Shown piece after piece: positions 14,398 through 26,969 of a stretch of 64,000 nucleotides of DNA (position 1 is the first letter of the stretch; the number at the start of each line of letters is the position of its first letter). The position numbers were made by a program, and so were the translations under genes. A model generated the notes under the pieces. The model was not told the origin of the DNA. It saw only the letters and a list, made by a program, of their open reading frames with translations, and ran no database searches. Origin of the DNA: the human T2T-CHM13v2.0 reference genome, Homo sapiens; assembly GCF_009914755.1 (NCBI RefSeq), contig NC_060928.1. One strand, given 5' to 3'.

Positions 14398-14682
14398 TTT
14401 AGAGACAGTCTTGCTGTGTCACTCAGGCTGGAATGCATTAGCACAATTGTAGCTCACTGTAACCTCAAACTCTTGGCTCAAGTGATCCTTCTGCCTCAGT
14501 CTTCTGAGTAGCTGGAATTACAGGTATGTGCTACCATGCCCAGCTAATTATTTAAAAAATTTCTTGTAGAGAGGGTGTCTTGCCATGTTGCCCAGGTTGG
14601 TCCTGAACCCCTGACATAAAAAATTCTCCTGCCTCAGCCTCCCAAAGTGCTGGGATTACAGGCGTGAGCCACCATGCCAACC
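14398..14682 (-). mobile_element. AluJ
   Basis: Diverged dimer; outer TSD tca(c/t)atgtttttctt at 14066-14080 / 14684-14698. Confidence 0.92.
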
Positions 14683-15169
14683 CTCATATGTTTTTCTTAC
14701 AGGTAAAGACAGTAGAGATGCTGCTGTGTACATAATCTTGATCTGATGTCCTAGTCTTTCTGCCAGGCATGGCATGTGTATCTTCTTATTTACATTGCTT
14801 GATGATGACTTCTGTCTCTCCATGCTGAGAATTTAAGAGATATCATTGCGGGAGAGGCTGGAAGTCTTCCTGAACTGGTTGGGACAGAATCATAGAATCT
14901 AAAGGCCAGGGAGAGTTTACAGCTTCCTGAGGCCAGTCATGCTCTGAAGTTTAAATCTTCACCTACAAAAAATGGTCAGCCAGACTCTGTTAGAACCTTC
15001 ATGGCCTCTGTCGTTGGGTAGTGTTGACACTTGGGTTTTGACTGGAACCCATTTGAGGTTCCAAGTCCACCACCGTGGAGATACTCAGAACAACTGAATT
15101 CCTGGCCTCCATGCCAGTTCCAATTTAGGTTTTCATGATGTTTCTCCTTCTCCGTTAACAAGTCTTTTA

Positions 15170-15720
15170 ACCCGTGTTTCTCAGTCTTTTGAACACCAAG
15201 GCAGACATTGAAAATGATGATATTTGCATGGCGCCCTGGGGTAAACCAGAGGGGAGTTAAGGATGTCTGTCTGGGGCTTGGCGAAAATTATTACACTTCT
15301 CTTTATAGTGTATAATTATAAGAAAATAAAATACAAAATATTATGAAAGATGTTAAATATTGAATTTGTATTAAACTTCCAAATAAAATCTTTTCAAATG
15401 TTTGAAAGCAAAATTTAGCTTGCTTCCATGAACATAACTTTTAATACCAGGTTTTATGCTTGAAATGGCTGCATGAAATTCCTGATCCAGACTTGTTAAT
15501 GAAGATTTATTCAAATTCTTGATAGCCATGATGGTCAAGGAACTATGATTAAAAATAACATTACCATTTTTACAACTTTTCAAAAATGTGTAGTAGTTGA
15601 AGTTATAGTTAAAGACTCTAATCACTCTTTCTTTACTTTCATTGACAAATGTAATGTTGAAATTTCTAGTGTTTATAAGAAAGGATTTCTAACCCAACTG
15701 AACTTTTTAATATTAAGTAG
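15170..15720 (-). mobile_element. hAT-Charlie DNA transposon fragment with transposase C-terminal remnant
   Basis: TIR-like cgtgtttctcag; minus-frame MAIKNLNKSSLTSLDQEFHAAISSIKPGIK resembles the hAT dimerisation-domain tail. Confidence 0.65.
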
Positions 15721-15725
15721 TCCAA

Positions 15726-16380
15726 GGCCAAGCACGGTAGCTCATGTCTATAATCCCAGCACTTTGGAAGGCTGAGGTGGGCGGATCATTTGAGCTCAAG
15801 ATTTGAGACCAGCTTAGGCAACATGGCAAAACCTCATCTGTACAAAAAAACCAAAAAAACAAAAATTAGTTGGGCATGGTGATGCGGCGCCTGTAGTCCC
15901 AAGGTACTCAGAAGGCTGAGGTGGAAAGATTGCTGGAGTCCAGAAGGCGAAGTGTGTTAGTCCATTTTCACACTACTGATAAAGACATACCCAAGACTTG
16001 GAAGAAAAATAGGTTTAATGGACTCACAGTTCTACGTGGCTGGGGAGGACTCACAATCATGGCTGAAGGTGAAAGGTGCTTCTTACATGGCAGCAGCAAG
16101 AGAGAATGAGGCAGAAGCGAAAGCAGAAACCCCTTATAAACCCATCAGATCTTGTGAGACTTATTCACTACCACAAGGACAGTATGGAAGAAACTGCCCC
16201 CGTGATTCAATTATGTCCCACCTGGTCACTCCCACAAGATGTGAGAATTATGGGAGTACAATTCAAGATGAGATTTGAGTGGGGACACAGAGCCAAACCA
16301 TTTCACAGAGGTTGCTGTGAGCTGAGATGGCACCACTGTACTCCAGTCTGGGTGACAGAATGAGACCCTTTCTGAAAAGA
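15726..16380 (+). mobile_element. AluJ split by a THE1 LTR
   Basis: Alu sequence to 15952, resumes at 16306 with cagaggttgctgtgagctgagat; purine-rich tail to ~16433. Confidence 0.9.
15953..16305 (-). mobile_element. THE1 (MaLR) solo LTR
   Basis: tgtgttagtccattttcacactactgataaagacataccc...ggggacacagagccaaaccatttca, 353 bp. Confidence 0.92.
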
Positions 16381-16528
16381 AAAGAGAAGAGAAGAGCAGA
16401 GCAAGGGAGGGGAGGGGAGAGGAGGGGAGGGGAGTTCCCAAATATGTTGAAGCTCTGTTTTGCAGAATGCGTGCATGTTGTTAAAGCAGCCGTATGGATG
16501 CCTTCTGTATGGCTGCATCAGCCACATA

Positions 16529-17200
16529 TGTCAGAAGCAGATTTACTGTGCATTGGTTACCTCTTTAGCCCGTTGCATCTTGGGCAGCAACTTCTACTAC
16601 TTGCACAAGTCTAGTGAGACAGAACACTTACACAAGTTAAGCAAAGCAACTTCATTTATTTATTTATTTTAGAGAGAGTGTCTTGCTCTGTAGCCCAGAT
16701 TGGAGTGCAGTAGCACAATTGTAGCTCACTGTGGCCTTGAACTACTAGGCCCAAGCAATCCTCCTGCCTCAGCTTGCTGAGTAGCTGGGATTACAGGCAT
16801 GAGCTACTGGGCCCACTATGCAAAGCAACTTTATCACTTACAGTTAGGCAGCAAGATCCTAAGCCTAGCATTCACGGTGAACCAGTCCCCCAAGGCTTAG
16901 GAAATCTGCAGAGGATGGATGGAATCTTGTCTGCATGGTCTCTACATGACATTACAGCTGAGGGACTCCAAAAGCAGTCGATTCTGGGTTTTATACCTGG
17001 AGACAATAGATCTTGCTCAGCTAAAATTTTGCAGGAAACCCTATTTTAGTGGGGACATGAACAGAACCCAGGCTGTTCTGGACAGTTACACCTTATCTCA
17101 AGATGTTGTGTTCCCCGCATATTTTGCAGTTATTCTGAAAACCAAAGGCCAGAAAGTGGGGAAAGAGCTGGGTTTCTAAGGGGACTTGTCCTGCAACATG
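16529..17200. mobile_element. Probable ERV LTR fragment (family uncertain)
   Basis: Begins tgtcagaagc; gtctagtgagacagaacact and gggttttatacctgg are LTR-like; TSD not resolved. Confidence 0.4.
16655..16815 (-). mobile_element. FRAM / AluJ monomer
   Basis: Single antisense arm; TSD gcaaagcaactt. Confidence 0.85.
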
Positions 17201-17880
17201 GAGAGAGATATTTGATATATGTGAAGAAAGAGGCTCTGGGCAGCACCAGAATCACATTTCTGCCCAGTTTCCTTTCCCCACCTGCACCCTCCAACCAGCA
17301 ACACCTAAGGTGACACACTGTGCTCTTTGGGCCCCTGGAATATGAACTATTTCAGTAACAGCTCCTTGACCCCACTTTCAAGATGGGCAGGAGTGTCCCA
17401 TGCTGCTGTTTGTGAAGGTTTGTGTTTCAGATGGTAGAGCATCTTCTTGTCCATGTTCAGTACATGCAAGTGGAGCAGGTGTTTTCCCCTTGGAGAACCA
17501 TGAAGGGCATCCTCAGACCTCACTATGCTTGGATAATGTTTTGTAGAACCCCTACTAAGGCTACCTGGGCCAAAGCTGGCCGGCATGGGGTCTTTGGTTG
17601 TCCCAGGTCCTACTGAAGGGCTGAGGTATCCTGCAGCTCCAGGCAAAGCTCTTAACAATTCAGAGCACACCAGGATGCCAAGGCACACGGAAGATCTGCT
17701 CTTAGCCATTGCTTCCATGATGCAGATTCAAGTTTTTTCATCATCACTGTCTTCCTCTGATGGTCATGTCTGATTAATATATACCCCTTCCAATGCATAA
17801 TGTTCATACCTGAACCCCAGGTGCAGCCTAATCAGCAAAGGAGACTCCCAGGAATACTCACCTCTCTTGACATAGATATT

Positions 17881-17950
17881 ATATATATATATATATATTT
17901 TTTATATATCTATATATATATATATATTTTTATATATCTATATATATATA
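17881..17950. repeat. (TA)n-rich microsatellite derived from the Alu tail
   Basis: Lies between TSD gacatagatatt (17869-17880) and the Alu body. Confidence 0.9.
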
Positions 17951-18242
<292 letters not shown>

Positions 18243-18469
18243 GACATAGATATTGTACTTCTAAGGTGAATTTCTGGCATCTACACAATGTTGCTGACTT
18301 GTATTACACTTCTTGAATTTTATAGACTTTAAGTGGATAAACTTGTCTGCAAACAAAGCTTCATCCGGCTTGTTGCCATATTCTGATGGGCAAGAACGCT
18401 TTCAGTAAGGACCCCCCATGTTGAATGAATAAATGACACTTTTATTCCCAGAATAAACTTAATGAATAT

Positions 18470-19760
18470 ACTTTGAGCAGCACTGGACAACGCTGACCAT
18501 TCCATTCTTTATTAATCTTTCATTTCCTTTGGCTGTCCTGACACCAACCTCTTCTGGTTCTCATCCTACCTTTCTAAGATTCCTTCTAAACCTTTTTCCT
18601 TATTCTTTGCCTACCTGTTGAATATTGACGTTTTCTATCTCTGCTTTTGTGATTTTTTCATCTGCACCCTCTTCCCCCCATGCCTGCCATTTCTACTTCC
18701 ATTTGTATATGGCGAATTCCTGAAACTGTCTCTTGCCAAAAACTCTGTTCTGAGTTCCAGACTCATTTATCCAGCTGTTCATTTTTCCCTGGAGGTCTCA
18801 CAAGCCCCTCAACTCACCCTATCTAAAATTGAACTCATGATATTCCACCAACCCAAAAATATTTCACCTCAAATCATTTCTAAATTGATAAAAGACACTG
18901 CCATCTACAAGTCACAAGACAGGGAAATCATCCTCCATTCCTTTCTCTCCCTCGCCTCTCCACATCCAGTCAGCCACTAGGGATATTGACCCTGCCTCCT
19001 TTATGTCTTTCAAACCCCTTCTCCTCTCTTGCCCTTGGTCTCTGAGTTCAGTAAGGTAATGCTTGCAAGGTGTTGGCCCTGTGCCTGGCACATGGTACCT
19101 ACAGCATACATGACAGCTGTTCCTGCTATTAGCAGTTGCTCCAAACCCTTGTTACCATTCACCTATACTGTCAGGAATTGTCTCCTGTTCTCATGCTTCC
19201 AGTCGTATCCCCCATTAAACCCATACCTTAAATTCCTTCAATCACTATTAATTTTTCTCATAGCATATATCTTATGATCTCTGTTCCCTGCTTACAAACC
19301 CTTCAGTGGCTCCCTATGGCCCATTGATTGAGTTTCTATGACTTCTGTTACCCATCACCTTTCCTGACCTCAGATTTTCCAGGATGGCTGACCAGCTGCT
19401 CATTTGTGCTACTGCTACGTGTACATTATCATAGTTAATCCAGGTCTCCAATCAATAAGGTAGAAACTGCTGACAGCATTTTAAATGGAAGTTTTTCCAG
19501 CATTGAAAACAAAATAAAATTGTAAGGTCCAGCCTCCAGAAATCCTGTCATAGTATCATTTTTTTTTTCCAGATTGCTTCATAATTATTTCTTTAAATGT
19601 CTGCCTTCCCATTAATATGATGTGTGGGGAAAGGCCTGGGTCAGAGTCTTTGTCTCCACAGTGCCTGGCATGGTGCCTGATACTAAGTGTTGATTGAGCA
19701 CCATTTGTGTGCCAAGGACTGCTCTAGGGTATGTGGAAACTATAAGGGACAAAATTCCTG
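18470..19760 (+). mobile_element. L2 fragments
   Basis: ctgtcctgacaccaacctcttctgg, ctcaactcaccctatctaaaattgaactc, cttacaaacccttcagtggctccc, gtgcctggcatggtgcctg. Confidence 0.65.
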
Positions 19761-19944
19761 CTCTTCCTGAGGGAAGCCTGTGCACTACCCATCCCTTTCC
19801 AGTCTCTTTCCTACCCAGAGGCTGATGTTATTCACTGCATTTTCTGTGATTAGTAACATAAAGGGGGAAAAATCATTCAGAGAGAAAATATGAACTGTCA
19901 GATGAGAATGAAATTATAAGTGGTAAGAGGAGAATTAAATTAAG

Positions 19945-20115
19945 AGCAGTAAGCATCATGGATTTATAAAAACAAGTCATGTCAGACAAACTTAATTGCT
20001 TTTCCTGATAGAATTACCAAATTAAGGGATGGCGGGATACAATATCCTGAGAGCAGTTTCCTTCAACGACCAGGTAATGAATATTATTTTTGAAGTTAGC
20101 AGAGCCTTTTGAAAT
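19945..20115 (+). mobile_element. CR1/L3 LINE reverse-transcriptase fragment
   Basis: Translates HGF then KNKSCQTNLIAFPDRITKLRDGG, matching the CR1 motif QHGF..SCLTNLISFYD.VT. Confidence 0.75.
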
Positions 20116-20489
20116 AGAATCAGTTGAAATTGTACCAAATGAATTCAGATTGACTTTGATGTGAGTCTGGTTCACTGACTTGACAACAGATTGGAGAGGA
20201 GAAAAACTAAGGCAACTACAAACAATATGGTGCTGAGCTTCAAGACACTGCCTAGCAGAAGCGTGGGGATCCTTATTCAGATGGATTTATCACAATCATT
20301 ATTGGAGTCAAAGAATGACTTTTGTGGCATTTAAAAGACATCAAGAGAAAATCACAGTACTTGGGGGAAGTCACTGCATGGAGCACAGAAATGAGATGCT
20401 TCTACACTATCATTACAACAGTGTGGCCCTTGGAGTGATAATAACCAATATCTTGCATAGTGCTTTAAACCTCTGCTACCCAGGGTATA

Positions 20490-20635
20490 AGTCTGCAGAC
20501 AGCAGGAGCATGGGGGAGCATCTAGGAGCTTCTTAGAAATGCAGAGTCTCAGGCCTCACCCCAGTGAATCTGAGTCCGCATTGTAACAAAATCCCAGATG
20601 ATTTGGATGCACGTTAAAGTTTGAGATGCATTGCT
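20490..20635. mobile_element. MER5A (hAT MITE)
   Basis: ttagaaatgcagagtctcaggcctcacccc...gcacgttaaagtttgaga. Confidence 0.8.
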
Positions 20636-20869
20636 GGGTTTATTTTATATTATCCTATACAATTTGATTTTTAGATCTTTCTCAGAGGGGCGAGACTTTG
20701 TGTTTACCTAAAAAATCAGGGATTCAGCCCCAGTCTTAGCAATTCCATTGTTTACTCTTTCCACCTTCCTTAAAATCAAGCATATGAAGCTGATGAAGTT
20801 GGTCCCTTGGGGAAGTTACTTAACCTCAGTGGGCCACACTGTGTTTATTTGTAAACAGGAGCTAACAAC

Positions 20870-21090
20870 CTGGGCACCATTACAGTGTTTTTACACGCCA
20901 CATGTGTATATAATACTTTCGCATCTTCTAACATCACTGAGTATATTATTATTCCCATTGCACACATATGGACACTGACATTTGGAGTGTTTATGTAATT
21001 GGCCTAAATTCATATTTTATTAAACAGCAGATCCAGGATTTAAACCTAGGTCTGTCCGATTCCCAAAGCCATGTTATTTCATATACAGTA
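20870..21090 (-). mobile_element. MIR
   Basis: attattattcccattgcac...ggatttaaacctaggtctgtccgattcccaaagcc. Confidence 0.7.
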
Positions 21091-21803
21091 TGAAAAGGGC
21101 TGTATCATAGCTATGAGTGACAGAGATTTCAGAAGCTGGGGCCAAGAGAGGGGTTTAGTTAGGAAATATTTGTTGAGGACCTATGACGTTGTAAGAACCC
21201 CTGAGAATATGCATTAGGGAATAAAACAGAACTGGGCCCTGCTTTGTTAAGTTTATAATCTAATGGAGATGGAAAATTTATGTGTGTGTGTATGTGTGTA
21301 TTTTGAGGCAGGAGATATTGCTTGCAAGCTTTTTTGTTGGGATAATGCAGACATTAAGGATGATGGAAAATTGCTGTTAACTCTAAGCAACTGGATAATT
21401 TTTAGAAGTGAGGGCATGGAAACAGATACAAATATATAACATGCTATTGAACTGTTAATGACAAACTTTTAGCCAACCACTTTGCCTCTTTAAAATTTCT
21501 TCCAACCTTATTTTAAAAAAAAACTTATAGGGCCCTTAGAGAATTCTATTATTCCCTGTATGCCAATAAGAGCTTTGGAAAGAAAAGGTAAAGCAAGAGA
21601 TTAAAATGCCATCTCTTTTATCACTGACCTTGGCCTAGTATCTAGGTCCCACTCTCTTAGGTATTCAGATTGAATTAAAAGAAAGATACTTGTCTTCTGT
21701 GTGAGGTTGGTCTCCAGAAAACTTCTTGGTGACAAGTATTACAGAAATTCAAGAGCCCAGAGAGTTCTTAGTGGAGAGATGGTACATTGAAAAATCTGAA
21801 ACT

Positions 21804-22105
21804 GACCAGGCACAGTGGCTCACTCCTGTAATCCCAGCACTTTAGGAGGCCAGGTGGGTGGATCACTTGAGGCCAGGAGTTCAAGACCGACCTGAGCAAC
21901 ATGGCAAAACCCCCATCTCTACAAAAAATACAAAAAACTAGCTGAACATGGTGGTGCATGCCTGTAGTCCCAGCTACTCAGAAGGCGGAGGTGGCAGGAT
22001 CACCTGAGCCCTGGGAGGTCAAGGCTACCATAAGCTGTCATTGCACCATTACACTTCAGCCTGGGTGGACAGAGCAAGACCCTGTCTCAAAAGAAAAAGA
22101 AAAGA
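21804..22105 (+). mobile_element. AluJ
   Basis: gaggccaggagttcaagacc; TSD aaaaatc(t/c)gaaac. Confidence 0.93.
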
Positions 22106-22149
22106 AAAATCCGAAACGAAGCATCGCCCCAAAGCGTCTCTTCTAGTAA

Positions 22150-22445
22150 ACTCTCCATTGTCCCTCCAGTTTTAGCCTAAATGTCCCTTCCTCAAAGAAG
22201 GCTTTTCTGATCCAGATCTGGTTAGGAGAATCAGAATCGGTGTCTGCTAAATGTTCCTGCGCAGCGTTCGTTTTTCCTTCAAAGCCCTCATCCAATTGTA
22301 ATGGGTTTTTTATATCCCTCTGTCTCTCCTAACTCTCGGCTCTGTGAGGGTAGAGCCTGTGTCTCTTGTAATAAATGCTGTATCCCCAGGATCTAGCAGA
22401 GTGCGAGGCATATAGTAGGTGCTTAGAGTGTTACGTCAATGATTC
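22150..22445 (+). mobile_element. L2 3' end
   Basis: cctaaatgtcccttcctcaaagaagg...gctgtatccccagg...gtaggtgctt. Confidence 0.7.
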
Positions 22446-22473
22446 AATAGTCATGCTATTCACATATAAACAT

Positions 22474-22477
<4 letters not shown>

Positions 22478-22516
<39 letters not shown>

Positions 22517-23083
22517 AGACAGAGTCTTACTCTGTCGCTCAGGCTGGAGAGCAATGGTGCAGTCTCGGCTCACTTCCACCTCCCGGATTCAAGAGATTCT
22601 CCTGCCTCAGCCTCCCGAGTAGCTGGGATTACAGGCACCTGCCACCACGCCTGGTTAATTTTTTTTTGAAACGGAGTCTTGTTCTGTCGCCAAGGCTGGA
22701 GGGCAGTGGCGCAATCTCTGCTCACTGCAAGCTCCACCTCCTGGGTTCACACCATTCTCCTGCCTCAGCCTCCTGAGTAGCTGGGACTACAGGCAACCGC
22801 AACCACGCCCAGCTAATTTTTTGTATTTTTAGTAGAGACGGGGTTTCACCATGTTAGCCAGGATGGTTTCGATCTCCTGACTTCGTGATCCACTCGCCTC
22901 AGCCTCCCAGAGTGCTGGGATTACAGGTGTGAGCCACTGCGCCCAGCCAATTTTTAAAATTTTTAGTAGAGATGGGGTTTCACCATGTTGGCCAGGCTGG
23001 TCTCGAACTCCTGACCTCAAGTGATCCACCCACCTCAGTCTCCCAAAGTGCTGGGATTAAAGGCGTGAGCCACGTGCCCGGCC
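22478..23083 (-). mobile_element. AluS with 38-T tail, interrupted by a nested AluY
   Basis: Right arm 22478-22658, left arm 22949-23083. Confidence 0.92.
22659..22948 (-). mobile_element. AluY nested in the linker of an AluS
   Basis: Complete dimer flanked by aattttt. Confidence 0.93.
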
Positions 23084-23159
23084 CAACATCTGATATTTTT
23101 TAAAGTACATTTTTACCCATTTTAAATGTGGTGCGATAAATCTCTTTTATTATTATTAT

Positions 23160-23445
23160 TTTTTGTATGTGGTAAAACATACATAACATAAAATTTACCA
23201 TCTTCACTATTTTAAAGCATACAGTTTGGTGATACTGAGTACACTCACATTGTTGTGCAACCATCACTACCATTCACCCATAGAACTTTTTTCATTTTCC
23301 AAAACTGACACTCTGTACGTATTACAAAATAACTCCCCATTTCCTTCTCCTCCCAGCCCCTGGCAACCATCATTCTACTTTCTTTCTGTCTCTATGAATT
23401 TGAATACTCTAGGTACCGCATGTAAGTGGAATCATACAGTATTTT
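23160..23445 (-). mobile_element. L1MB-type 3' end
   Basis: gtggtaaaacatacataacataaaatttaccatc...taagtggaatcatacagtattt. Confidence 0.88.
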
Positions 23446-23448
23446 TAA

Positions 23449-23784
<336 letters not shown>

Positions 23785-24324
23785 TGAATTGGTAAGGGAC
23801 ACAAACTTATGTGGTCTTGTTTGGTAGAGTGAGGTTCTTAAGACTCTGATTCAAAGAGAACTCTGGTTATTCTTGGCCTATTTGTATTTACAGAATCAGA
23901 GATTAATAGATGAGGAAGAGATGTAACAGATCATCTACTTCAGACTTTTAAGTCCCAAGTATAAGATTTATTGCTAGACTGAAATTCAAATGGTGCAGGA
24001 ATGGTGAACCCAGTATTTCCCCCTGTCTGTCAACACACAGAATGTGGTAATCCAAGGCAATGCGATTAAGACAGTGGTTCACCTAAACATTACTTATTTT
24101 CACATCTTATCAAGGCTGCCAGTGTAGTATTGGAGGGAAAGCGCAGAATCAACCCAAGACACACAAATAAGAAATAAAAACAGGATGAATGTGGCAGACA
24201 TCCTCGGGTGGCCATTTAATACCTGAATCTGGGTCACAGTGAAGGGACTGGCTCTAGTCTCTGACCTAACAAGCCTGGTCAATTTACATGATTTCTGTCT
24301 CTGCTTTAGCTGGAAGATACTCAC

Positions 24325-24459
24325 CAAACAAACAAACAATGAATCTTGATGGTTTGGAGGCAACAGAGAGGGAGAGGCCTTGCAAAAATTCAGATCCGCA
24401 CATGCAACATCTCTTGGCAGGTCAGTGAATTGGCAACTAACAGCTGTACAGTAAGATTT
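24325..24459 (-). other. Candidate exon, 135 nt, open frame KSYCTAVSC...DSLFVCL
   Basis: atatttgtctcag acceptor and TTG|GTGAGT donor; not recognised as a known protein. Confidence 0.22.
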
Positions 24460-25080
24460 CTGAGACAAATATTCAGATTACTATCAATACGACTCAAATG
24501 ATCCTCCTGTGTGTTGCAGGGAGGAGGAGGGGGAGAGGTAGAAGTGTTCATGGTGGCTTAGCAACATGGCCAGGGGCTAAAATGGGAGTCTCCTTTGAGG
24601 CTTTAAGCATCACCAGATTCTGAGGAGCATGCAGAGCAAAGAACTAAGACCCCAAGTCTTGCAACCTAGTTTGGGACATGGGAAGGGGTGCAAAATTTAA
24701 GGAGGGATGCAGATCATTATTGGAACCAGTAATTTGAAAAGTAAGGGATTAGCAAGCAGCAGTTCAAGCATAAGCAGGCAGAGGTCTGGGACAAGAGCCA
24801 GGCCTGGGGTGTTTGTGACCATGGCCTAGGTATGGGCCATACCAACAGGCTTAAAGGACTAGGCATAGGAAGACATACTTTGTGCAAATGGCTAAACTGA
24901 TTGCATTTATTTGACTATATAGATTTGTTCATGTAGACTATGTAGATTTAACTGTGTAGATTTGTCACGATCTTCTTTCCCTAAAACCTGCTTCCTCCAT
25001 ATCTTAGATGTTGGCCAAAACTTTGTGGCCAGGCTGGTATCCTGATTACAGATCAACCACCTGGATGCCAAACAGTGTAC

Positions 25081-25285
25081 CTGTGGGAACTTTTGCAAGA
25101 TGTGCTCTCTACTCCCAATGATTTGGCCTGGAATTAGAAATGTGAACTCCACTTTGAGAATTTTGCAGGTGTCTGGGAAGCGTTGGGTCCCGTACAAAAC
25201 CATTCTCATATCTTCAACACAGATTTATCTTTTACTTATGCAGAGATGATAATGGGCTGCCATTCGCTCCTTCAACTTCCTTTGA
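25081..25285 (-). other. Candidate (pseudo)exon, 205 nt, one in-frame stop
   Basis: tatttctttcaatag acceptor, CAG|GTACAC donor; QRKLKERMAAHYHLCISKR*ICVEDMRMVLYG... Confidence 0.2.
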
Positions 25286-26329
25286 CTATTGAAAGAAATA
25301 GATCTACTATAGAGTTTGTTGAGAATCTTTGTAGTCCAAGTTCAAGTAAAAACACATTATATCACGGATAAAATGGTTTCAGAAATCAGTGGACAAGTTT
25401 ATGTTAGTTTTTGCAACCTCAGGTCCCACTGCCAGGCCAGGTAATGCTTTCCTTCTTGGATTCCATGTTGTGTGCTTCAGTCTGAATAACATTAAAAATA
25501 TTTCTCTTAGCAGGATGCGGTGGGGTTGTTTTCTTTTTTAATTTCAAATAACACCACTCCTTGAACTGGGAACAAACAATTCACTTGCAGCTCGGCTCTG
25601 CTTTTATTTGTAATTTTCACATAAATCAACTTATATGAAAATGTATTCATAATTTGAGCTTTCTCTATAGCGATAAAATGTTTCTGCTTCTGTGGTAGAA
25701 AATAGCTTATTATGCAAACAACATTGCCACTCTTACATTATGCATGGGATTTACCTGGAGAACATCACAAAAGCTTCAGGAAAAAAAAAAGCCAGGGAGG
25801 GTGTAGTAGGGTGCTTCGTTTACTGCACCATTTACCTATAATAATTAGCTACAAATGAACTAATATCTGTATTTAGCAACTTCTTTAATATTGCTTTGGT
25901 TAATTCAGTGAAACAATGGAGAAAAAGAAAAAAATACAAGGGAGGTCTCCTGACAAATGGTGCCTTTCAGGATGTCAGCTCCATGAAAAATGAGATCTGG
26001 TGGTTTCAAACTTAGGCCAGTGGTGGTGAGTAATTAATGGCCAACTCATTTGAACTTGTGTGCTTGATCTAATTTGGGATATTGGGAGTTCACACTGATT
26101 TGCCTTTAAAAAGAATGTCACTGTCAAATAAGGTGATTGTGTAAGATTGATATGGAGAACTTGGACTTGGATGTACAGCACATTTTATATTTAGAGAGGC
26201 AGCAGCAAACAGTGTGATTACTAAACTTGTGTGCAATGGGACCACCATCCCGGAGAAAAAGATGGTGTCCTTTCTACATAGGATTCAAGCAGGGATCACT
26301 TTAGGCGTAAATGGTTTATGATATTTATT

Positions 26330-26540
26330 TTTTTCAGTCATAGAACAAATATGTTTTGAGTGTCTTTTCATTGTGTTCAGGCCTGTGGATAAAACAATAA
26401 TGCAATATGGCCCCTGCTCTTATGTTGCCTCCATTGTAGTTGGGGAGTGGGGCTGGCAAGCAAAGAACAAGTAGCACAAATAAATAAAATAATTGCAATA
26501 AGAATGATAAATGCTGTGAAGGAAATACACAAGGAGCATA
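26330..26540 (-). mobile_element. L2 3' end
   Basis: aacaaatatgttttgagtgtc...atggcccctgctcttatg. Confidence 0.6.
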
Positions 26541-26969
26541 ATTCAAGGGGTTATGGAGTGGTCCAGTACCCCTGGGATAATAGAGTATAATCTTCGACAA
26601 ATGATTTAACGTACCTAAATTTATCATGTGTAAATTATAAAGAAATATGTGTGCATGAATTATCATTACTTTAGGTGTTGTCAACCAACACACAGTTGCC
26701 CCTTGTGAGTCTGCCATCTTAAATCACTGGCAGTGGTCTGTTTGCTCCATCTGGACCATCCCATTTCAAAGGATCAAATACCGAGGAGATTATTCTGTAG
26801 TTGTAGCTTTCCAGCAATTCATATTTCTTCTTTGCAGGGCTTGTGGCTGCTCTATTGTGTGTTCTCCAAAGGGCAGCTTTCTTCTATTGGTTCTGCTACA
26901 GGACTTCTGCTCACCCTTGTTGAAGTCAGGATTTCAAGATCCTCCCTAGAAAGATGAAGTAGTAGTAAA

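Noticed and set aside
14690-14708. tttttcttacag|gtaaag as a recursive-splicing site (similar minus-strand motifs at ~20705 and ~25755)
   Set aside because: Short motifs on both strands, partly within an Alu TSD; expected by chance and no host gene is established.
14700-14962. Minus-strand exon after a strong acceptor (ctgaccattttttgtag)
   Set aside because: Stops in all frames, overlaps a MIR/L3-like agaatcatagaatc segment, and has only a weak donor.
17347-17718. 123-aa minus ORF as a processed pseudogene or small gene
   Set aside because: No recognisable parent protein, poly-A or TSD; kept only as part of the speculative exon chain.
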